Shown here in pieces: positions 1 to 5,728 of a DNA stretch of 6,859 nucleotides. The DNA lies in assembly GCA_018985225.1 (NCBI GenBank), contig JADGIF010000543.1:1-6859 (forward strand), given 5' to 3'. This DNA is from Amoeboradix gromovi X-113. Taxonomy: Eukaryota; Fungi; Sanchytriomycota. The first letter of the stretch is position 1. Each line of letters starts with the position of its first letter. The position numbers and the translations under genes were made by a program. The notes under the pieces were generated by a model. That model did no database searches and was not told where the DNA came from. It was given only the letters and a program-made list of their open reading frames with translations.

Positions 1-79
1 TCTGGTAATCCTTCTGTTGGCTTTCCTGCTGGTGGCTCTGGTAATCCTTCTGTTGGCTTTCCTGCTGGTGGCTCTGGTA
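1..79 (-). repeat. In-frame 36-bp tandem repeat (2.2 copies visible) encoding PEPPAGKPTEGL
   Basis: tctggtaatccttctgttggctttcctgctggtggc is identical at 1-36 and 37-72, with a partial copy at 73-79. It probably continues beyond the window edge. Confidence 0.97.
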
Positions 80-2276
80 CTAAAAAAGTTGCCGTAGCTT
101 GAGAAGCTGTCATTTGAGCTTCCTGACTAGGTGGTAGTGTTACAGGTTCATTCGCAGGATTAGAATTCTCAGACTCTTCTGTGGTAGTAGGTCGCAAATA
201 ACTATTTGATAGCAACTCAGTTGATTTTGGATTAGCAATGTCAGATCTTGGCTCTGCTCTTGTGGGTTCTGTAGGCAGCTCAGATTCAGTAACATTTGGA
301 AGTGTAGATTTCGGTTGTGTTGGCAAATTTGGGTATGATGTTGGTAGCTGAGCTTGCACTGGTGTTGGAATAACTGCAATTAGAGGCAATGCGTTTGACT
401 CTGTAGCTTTAGTTAGGCCTGTTGCTATTTCTGATCCTGTTTGTATAACAGTGACTTGTGGTAAAGTGCTTTGCAATGAATTACTCGTCGGAATGACTAG
501 CTTGTCCCCGTATGAGACACTTTCTGTCTCTGTTCCTAGAACTGGGATTCTTTCGTAATTTACGGGTAATTCCTCGCTAGTTTGCAGTGATGGGATAACA
601 GATTCTTGGTTTTCTTCATTTTTGGTTGTTGGAGACGGATTTTCACTTTTTCCTATTGAGTTAATGTCATTTGCTTTTGGCGTAGAAGTTGAAGCCTCTT
701 TACTAGCACTAGATGTAATATATTCATATCCGATAGGACTAGATGGATTACGATATACAGGCGTAGTTGTTTTTGTGGTTTCCGTATTTTTAGGTTGCAA
801 GTCTCTTAATCTTTGTTCTTCAGCCTCTCTTATAGCCTTTTCAGCCTCCGTCTCTGTATCTCCTGGACAATAAACTCCTGTTAATGAGTATAATTGCTGT
901 TGACAAACGTTGTTAATCTTTTGTCTTTCAGTGTCTAAGTTTGACTTACCTTCCTGCATATTTCTTACCCCAGCATAAACTGCATCAATGCAACCGTCTG
1001 GCAAATCAATGTATGTTGTTGTATCTTGCCTACTATTTGGGTCACTTAAAATATGCATTGGTCTATCAGCCATGTTCGGCTTAAACTTGTCCCCAGGGGT
1101 TGACTTAAATGCGAGATTCGCCGTGTAAGCCTTAGGCTCAGCTGGTGGAAAATAGCCAAACGAGTCTAATTGACCACGTTCTTCAGCCATTTTAATGCCA
1201 TTTGTCTTTATTGCCATCCTTTTTCTTTCGTAATCCTGTTGGTAACATCTGAATATAGATTCACCTTGTTCAGTTAGTTTTTTTACTATAGTTCTGAACC
1301 CATTTCTTTTGTTTTGCTCCTCGGTAGAAAGAGTCGATTTTGATCCGACCTCAGCAGGTTCGGTCAGGTTCCACATAGTAATTGCAGAAGTAGGTATCTT
1401 ACCGATTTCAGCCTGCCCTGCATACATTTCGAAATTGGTAGACACTTGCTCATAAAACTTAGCGTCATCATAATGTCTAGTAAGCTTCATACCTGCAGGT
1501 ATATGGAGATTGCTTATAGGGTTGGTTACAGGAGACAAGTATGATGGCAGTGCGCCGAAAGTTTCTGTGCTAGTAGCTATGGTGCTTTCAAATAATGGGT
1601 TTTCAGTAGATGTTGCCAAGTGGGCACTAGAATAGGCTCCTTTGGTGATTCTTGACATACTCTCACCAATTTCAGAGGTTTGCTGCTCTGCTATGGATGC
1701 CTGTTCGGTACCTGTGGCATTTTGAACTTCTATTGAAGACAAAACTTCGGTATTTGGTATGTTTTCGTCACCTGCTAACACGAAATCAGAACAAGTCACA
1801 TAATTTCTTGGTTCCTTTGAGTAAAAATACATTTGTAAATAACAACCATCAGCTGGTCCACATCGAGGCAAGTTCTTTGGAATAGTAATGATGGTTCCCC
1901 CTCGAGCGATTCCTGCGCCTGCTTTCTTGGGTCCCCAAACCTGACGTGTGTACCTACCATGATGAGTAAATATGTTGAATTCCATATAACCTGCATGCAT
2001 ATTGTTCGACTGGTATTCAACTGCAACTTGCCCACCACGTTGGAATATGTTTGGCTTTACCATCTTTGGTGCGCCTCGACATGGCCATAGAGCTATTCTT
2101 CCTCCTTTATCGACGTTTTCGTCATATTCATCTTGCTGATTCGTCAAGTTGCTTTCTTGCTGTGTGTCCCTTTCTTGGTCTTTGATACCTCGATAAGGCC
2201 CATCTGGATTCGGTCTTGCTGGTGGCGCCACCATCTCATAATCTGACTTAACTAATGCTAATAAAAACAGATACAT
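1..2276 (-). CDS. Large secreted protein, 3'-partial (>=758 aa): short signal peptide, LPMO-like beta-sandwich domain, conserved-looking middle region, S/T/P/E-rich tail ending in 12-aa repeats
   Basis: Manual translation from ATG at 2276 is open to the window edge (758 codons + 2 nt): MYLFLLALVKS-DYEMVAPPARPNP...WPCRGAP...GGQVAVEYQSNNMHAGYMEFNIF...TIITIPKNLPRCGPADGCYLQMYFYSKEPRNYVTCSDFVL...PEPPAGKPTEGL. The ORF track misses it because there is no stop in the window. The ORF is near certain; the LPMO-like call rests on motif pattern only. Confidence 0.93.
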   Translation of the reverse strand, partial: MYLFLLALVKSDYEMVAPPARPNPDGPYRGIKDQERDTQQESNLTNQQDEYDENVDKGGRIALWPCRGAPKMVKPNIFQRGGQVAVEYQSNNMHAGYMEFNIFTHHGRYTRQVWGPKKAGAGIARGGTIITIPKNLPRCGPADGCYLQMYFYSKEPRNYVTCSDFVLAGDENIPNTEVLSSIEVQNATGTEQASIAEQQTSEIGESMSRITKGAYSSAHLATSTENPLFESTIATSTETFGALPSYLSPVTNPISNLHIPAGMKLTRHYDDAKFYEQVSTNFEMYAGQAEIGKIPTSAITMWNLTEPAEVGSKSTLSTEEQNKRNGFRTIVKKLTEQGESIFRCYQQDYERKRMAIKTNGIKMAEERGQLDSFGYFPPAEPKAYTANLAFKSTPGDKFKPNMADRPMHILSDPNSRQDTTTYIDLPDGCIDAVYAGVRNMQEGKSNLDTERQKINNVCQQQLYSLTGVYCPGDTETEAEKAIREAEEQRLRDLQPKNTETTKTTTPVYRNPSSPIGYEYITSSASKEASTSTPKANDINSIGKSENPSPTTKNEENQESVIPSLQTSEELPVNYERIPVLGTETESVSYGDKLVIPTSNSLQSTLPQVTVIQTGSEIATGLTKATESNALPLIAVIPTPVQAQLPTSYPNLPTQPKSTLPNVTESELPTEPTRAEPRSDIANPKSTELLSNSYLRPTTTEESENSNPANEPVTLPPSQEAQMTASQATATFLVPEPPAGKPTEGLPEPPAGKPTEGLP

Positions 2277-2350
2277 AAGTATTTAGAAGTGCTCCGCATT
2301 TATGTACTTTTTTTCATTTGCAAGTGTATAAATTAATTAAATATATATTA

Positions 2351-2370
2351 GCAACTTTGTACAAAGTTGC
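2351..2370. repeat. Perfect 20-bp palindrome upstream of the secreted-protein gene
   Basis: gcaactttgtacaaagttgc equals its own reverse complement. It lies ~75 bp upstream of the ATG at 2276. Function unknown. Confidence 0.9.
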
Positions 2371-2674
2371 CTTTTTAGCCTTGCACACTATCAGATATCG
2401 ATCGATAGCGAATAGTAAGCTATAAACGTGTATTCGTGCATATCGATTACGTTCACTATTACTTTCAAGATATTGATTTCTATTCAGAAAAAGTTCAATC
2501 TGCGCAATTACGAGGAGAAAAAATAGATCCAACATAAGAAGCAGACTGAGCATTTGTAACGATGGACTCAGTAAGTTAGAACAATTAACCTAATAAATAC
2601 AATTTATCCGATAGGTGTTACTCTTTGAAATGGCCTGATGAAAACCCTTAAGGCGCGATGAATAAAATACTAAG

Positions 2675-3115
2675 CAAGCTGCTACCGAACATTTTTGAGT
2701 CAAAGTACTTAGAGCTAGATCTTCCATTCAGTTTAACTTTTTAGTTGCAGAATCGCTCAAATTATTATGGGGAACAGAGTAACTAACAGTGAGAGTCGCT
2801 TAGCTACACTGGTCGCATACGCTTCCGCTATTCTAAGGCGAAGTTGTATATGGGTACATGTTTTTTATTAAATAGCCTCGGCTTGTAAATATCCGCTTCA
2901 AATATCTTTAATAATTCAGACCATGAGAATTTCTTTAACAGGGCACTGAAATGTAACTTAAAATCCTCTTTTTTAATTGTATGAGACTCTCGCATACAAG
3001 ATGATCCCTTTTGAGGAAAGCTTGGAAGGATTATCGAATTTTCTGCAGTTAGAAAATTCTAAGAAGTTGAGAATATTGGAGCGATATAGCTCATGTGATC
3101 AGGATTAAGTCTTAT
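2675..3115 (-). pseudogene. tnpA: IS607-family serine recombinase TnpA pseudogene (5'-truncated, frameshifted)
   Basis: Motifs occur in the correct order across frameshifts: IRLNPDHMSY (3115-; cf. IRxPGGHRRY at the end of the MerR-like HTH), IILYARVS (YARVS 2996-2982), KKEDFK, IKDI*SG (KDI*SG 2909-2892; cf. KDIGSG with GGA>TGA), IAEAYx-DQ (~2822; cf. IVVAYxDRL), MEDL (2727-2716), SKMFGS (2698-2681; cf. SARLYGxR). Confidence 0.85.
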
Positions 3116-3119
3116 TCAA

Positions 3120-3278
3120 TGGACGTGTATAAGGTGTGGCACTAAGAAAAGAACTAATTTTGAGCATAAACATGCGCAAACTTTCATTTTGGAAGTAGAT
3201 AGAGACTATATGGCAGCACGAAAGACATTTGATGTGTATGAATCCTATTCAACCCCACTAAGCGTATTAGATGCTTGA
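3120..3278 (+). pseudogene. Fanzor2/TnpB C-terminal fragment (zinc finger plus RuvC-III), copy A
   Basis: WTCIRCGTKKRTNFEHKHAQTFILEVDRDYMAARKTF contains CxxC and DRDxxAAR. Bases 3198-3218 match copy B (5915-5895, minus strand) at 20/21 nt. Confidence 0.85.
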
Positions 3279-3376
3279 GCAACCATTGTAGCGAAATGAC
3301 TGGCTTTATCCATTTCTTTGCGGAATTTTTGGGTTCTAATATACCGGGCTTTAACGAAAAGAATCTTGCAACATTT
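3243..3376 (+). ncRNA. Putative Fanzor omegaRNA (scaffold ~3243-3356 plus ~20-nt guide from flank), copy A
   Basis: Homologous to 5867-5749 (minus strand), with compensatory substitutions in stem 3291-3321. It sits at the 3' end of the Fanzor ORF as established for TnpB/Fanzor. The 5' boundary and expression are unknown. Confidence 0.65.
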
Positions 3377-3559
3377 AATTGTCCAATCCAAAGGGATTCG
3401 ACACTCAACAGTTGCTGTAATTTATGTTGCTAAGTACAGACATTACAGTCAATTTATTACGAAAGACAAAAAGAGTAGCGATTTGCTCAATGGAAACTAC
3501 ACAGCAGGGAAGAGGAGATCACAACGAAAATGGGACATGTGATGACTTCAAAAACACGT

Positions 3560-3841
3560 GAGACATCCAATGTAAAAACTAGAGCTACTCGAAAAATTCA
3601 ATAATATTGATACTATTGTATTTGGGTTCCATGACAAATAAGACTTTAGACATAAAGGTATATCAAGTCCATAATAGTAGGTTTTTAAGGTTAGGAGTTT
3701 TAAATGTTGCTGCGCTATAAAATGGTAAAGATACTGAGCAGGATTGGTTTTGCTGAAATTGCGCAAACTCGTGCAGAAGTCTCAATATCATGGGGTACTT
3801 TTTTAAAAATAAGTAAGTCTAGTTTTTACATTGGCTGTCCC
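3560..3841. mobile_element. MITE-like non-autonomous TIR element, copy 1
   Basis: gagacatccaatgtaaaaactaga (3560-3583) matches the reverse complement of 3818-3841 (gggacagccaatgtaaaaactaga) at 22/24. It is flanked by acgt on both sides (3556-3559, 3842-3845), a possible target-site duplication. The interior is AT-rich with no credible ORF. Confidence 0.7.
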
Positions 3842-3931
3842 ACGTGTTGGAGATTCGAAGAAAATGTTTCCTCTCCACGAATATTAGACACAATTCAACT
3901 TGAGTGGTATTCGATGATCATGTAAGGTAAG

Positions 3932-4009
3932 TTTTCAAACATGATTATTTCTGCGATCTTATTAATGATGAAATATATACTTAAGTTTCAGTCTTGTCTG
4001 ATTTAAAAA
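3932..4009 (+). ncRNA. SNR41: Box C/D snoRNA, snR41-like (SSU rRNA Gm1126, yeast numbering)
   Basis: Box C ATGATTA 3941-3947, C' ATGATGA 3965-3971, guide TTAAGTTTCAGTCTTG 3981-3996 complementary to conserved SSU CAAG(G/A)CUGAAACUUAA, box D CTGA 3998-4001. The D+5 rule selects the G of CAAG. Terminal stem ttttcaaa/tttaaaaa has one mismatch. Confidence 0.88.
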
Positions 4010-4082
4010 TTGATTTAGTTCTGAACTCTGGAATTTTTTTTGATAAACTCTTAATCCGTATTGCAATTTTTAAGGTAAGTTA

Positions 4083-4165
4083 TTTTTAAAGATCGAAGTA
4101 ATTTGCGTCCGAACAAAACGGTTATCTAACCAACTGAAGAGAAGTACGTCAGGCTGAATTAAAAA
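4083..4165 (+). ncRNA. SNR87: Box C/D snoRNA, snR87/U16-like (SSU rRNA Am436 yeast, Am484 human)
   Basis: Guide GTAATTTGCG(T) 4098-4108 is complementary to SSU CGCAAAUUAC. D' CCGA 4109-4112 (D'+5 selects the first A), C' CTGAAGA 4134-4140, D CTGA 4154-4157, terminal stem tttttaa/ttaaaaa. Box C is degenerate (AAGATCG 4089-4095). Confidence 0.8.
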
Positions 4166-4216
4166 ATATTAATCTAGATTCAACAACAAGCTCACTAATA
4201 GTAGGTAAGTCTTTCC

Positions 4217-4277
4217 GGTAAGATGTAAAATTGCTACTGATCACAATTGATGATTCAACCTACCAAGATCTTTGACC
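4217..4277 (+). ncRNA. SNR24: Box C/D snoRNA, snR24/U24-like (LSU rRNA Cm1437 yeast plus a second nearby site)
   Basis: Box C AAGATGT 4220-4226, guide TTGCTA plus D' CTGA 4237-4240, C' TTGATGA 4247-4253, guide ACCAAGATCT plus D TTGA 4272-4275. Both guides match the conserved LSU segment AGAUCUUGGUGGUAGUAGCAA, the same two-guide layout as U24. Confidence 0.88.
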
Positions 4278-4352
4278 AACCACCTTCTAATATAGATATT
4301 AGTCGTATCAAATAAAAGATTTATTATCATTATTTTTGTTGTTTAAAATTAT

Positions 4353-5078
4353 TCAACAAATATCAATTATCTCTTCTTCCATTAGCCCATACCACTTGTG
4401 CAGCAGCTCTTCTCCAGTATTGTTGTTATTTCCATGATACCTAGACATATGCGTGGATAGATTAACCAATTTATCAAATGATGCTAGACACAAAGGGCAC
4501 TTGATTTCTAAATTGCGTACATGCAACTTTTCATGCCTTATTAAGGCTGACTTAAAGCCAAAGGACTTACTACATTTGTTGCATTGATATTTCTTGAGTC
4601 TAAAGTGAATTGCGTCAACATGTGAAGTTAAATTATACTGAGATGCAAATTTCTTTAAGCATCCGTCAAAAGGACAATTGTAAAATCTTTTCTGCTTCTC
4701 AATTACTTCTTTTATTTTGGTTTCATTGTGCTCACTATTCATATGAGCATCTATTGCGTCCATTGGGAACTTTATAAAACAAAGTCCACAAAGTACCTCA
4801 ATTTGCTTTTTCGACCTCTTCTCTGATTTTGCGGTTTTGTCATGTTTTTTCTGATGTTGTGTAAGATTGGACTTATAAGTAAAGTACTTGCCACAATGGC
4901 AAGCGAATTCCTTTGGTTTATGAATTTTTAAATGATCAATAAGATGACCTGCTCTTTTGAAGGATTTACCGCATATCTCACATTCATGCTGTCTTATTTT
5001 TGAATGGGTTAGCAGATGTTCATTAAAATGGCCCCTGTGATTAAATGACTTTGTACAATCAGGACAGCGCAGTTCCAT
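4353..5078 (-). CDS. C2H2 zinc-finger protein with seven fingers (possibly TFIIIA-like)
   Basis: 241-aa ORF with seven Cx1-4C...Hx3-4H units, e.g. CEICGKSFKRAGHLIDHLKIH and CNKCSKSFGFKSALIRHEKLH. AATAAA on the minus strand at 4325-4320. Confidence 0.95.
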   Translation of the reverse strand: MELRCPDCTKSFNHRGHFNEHLLTHSKIRQHECEICGKSFKRAGHLIDHLKIHKPKEFACHCGKYFTYKSNLTQHQKKHDKTAKSEKRSKKQIEVLCGLCFIKFPMDAIDAHMNSEHNETKIKEVIEKQKRFYNCPFDGCLKKFASQYNLTSHVDAIHFRLKKYQCNKCSKSFGFKSALIRHEKLHVRNLEIKCPLCLASFDKLVNLSTHMSRYHGNNNNTGEELLHKWYGLMEEEIIDIC

Positions 5079-5165
5079 GAGATCTTATGAATCACAGGAG
5101 AGTTCCAAAACCGAAAATCCCGAACGTAAATCCTAATGTAGGCTTTATTCAACAATTAAAAAGAT

Positions 5166-5723
5166 TTATTTATTAATCAATAGTATCATAGAGTCTGAGA
5201 TTATGACATCCAAAGATATGTCATGCTGCTCTTTTGGAACTTTATTTTTATCATCTGTAAATTGAATAGAAGCACAGTACCCTATTTTAAGTGCACTAGA
5301 TTTGGCTAAATACTTATCATAACACCCTTTTCCATATCCAAGTCGAAATCCTTCAGCATCAAAAAGCAAACCCGGTACCACGACTACATCAAGGCTTTCC
5401 GCTATCGAGCAATCAGAATGCGGCTCTAGAATATCATATTTGTTTGATACAAGTCCCTGCGTAGTGTAAATCTTGAGAAATTTTATTTCATTTTTGAACA
5501 TTTTCGGCAAATAAACCTCTTTTTTCATCCTCAACAATTCCTGTATAAGCATGTTTGTAGGTTGCTCATGTTTTAAAGAAGAAAAAACGCCTATTTTATC
5601 AAAACTCATGTTGCTTAAAAACTTTAAGCAGTTGCTGGTTAATTGGGCTTCAAATTGTATAAAATCAACTTGGGAATACTTATTTTTTAACTCCTTTCGG
5701 ACTTGGTTTTTTATGGCTCTCAT
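5166..5723 (-). CDS. MTHFS: 5-formyltetrahydrofolate cyclo-ligase (methenyl-THF synthetase)
   Basis: 185 aa with KxxxR N-terminus, VYLP, ILEP, LDVVVVPGLLFDAEGFRLGYGKGCYDKYL and PxEQHDISLD motifs typical of MTHFS/Fau1/YgfA. Confidence 0.96.
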   Translation of the reverse strand: MRAIKNQVRKELKNKYSQVDFIQFEAQLTSNCLKFLSNMSFDKIGVFSSLKHEQPTNMLIQELLRMKKEVYLPKMFKNEIKFLKIYTTQGLVSNKYDILEPHSDCSIAESLDVVVVPGLLFDAEGFRLGYGKGCYDKYLAKSSALKIGYCASIQFTDDKNKVPKEQHDISLDVIISDSMILLINK

Positions 5724-5728
5724 TTTGG

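Larger units (their letters stand above)
2562..3356 (+). mobile_element. Decayed IS607/Fanzor2 element, copy A (TnpA remnant on -, Fanzor 3' remnant plus omegaRNA on +)
   Basis: TnpA and TnpB/Fanzor remnants are adjacent. The right end is defined by loss of homology with copy B after TTTAACG(A) at 3356/3357. The left boundary is tentative (TAACG at 2557-2561). Confidence 0.7.
3850..4320 (+). ncRNA. Non-coding spliced snoRNA host gene with introns 3927-4018, 4075-4177, 4205-4295
   Basis: Three AG|GTAAGT donors and three YTRAT-NTAG acceptors (ttgatttag, ttaatctag, ctaatatag), with one C/D snoRNA per intron. Internal exons are 56 and 27 nt with no credible ORF. AATAAA at 4311-4316. The 5' end is approximate. 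Confidence 0.85.

Noticed and set aside
1-79. 36-bp repeats as a CRISPR array
   Set aside because: No spacers; this is an in-frame coding tandem repeat.
140-2038. Short track ORFs 140-379, 622-873, 1652-1885, 1796-2038
   Set aside because: Alternative-frame or antisense shadows of the long 2276-to-1 CDS.
2351-2370. Resemblance to lambda/Gateway att cores (CAACTTTGTACAAA)
   Set aside because: The spacing differs from a true att core and there is no vector sequence nearby.
2508-2517. TTACGAGGAG as a target of the copy B guide
   Set aside because: Only 5 nt of guide match after a TAM-like sequence, which is chance level.
2635-2665. CTGATGA as a hammerhead core or box C
   Set aside because: No stem II/GAAA arrangement and no convincing box D or guide.
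2593-2675. Plus-strand INTIYP...AR*IKY resembling a TnpB N-terminus
   Set aside because: Too weak, and it would require TnpA to lie inside the Fanzor ORF.
2314-3925. Track ORFs 2314-2553, 3184-3408, 3318-3542, 3548-3766, 3704-3925
   Set aside because: No recognisable motifs. They overlap promoter, omegaRNA or MITE DNA, and the shared SSFYIGCxTC peptide is just the translated inverted repeat.
3924-4210. Repeated AGGTAAGT as spliced-leader RNA genes
   Set aside because: The upstream exons are not repeats. Matching acceptors and rRNA-complementary C/D guides explain them as cis-introns.
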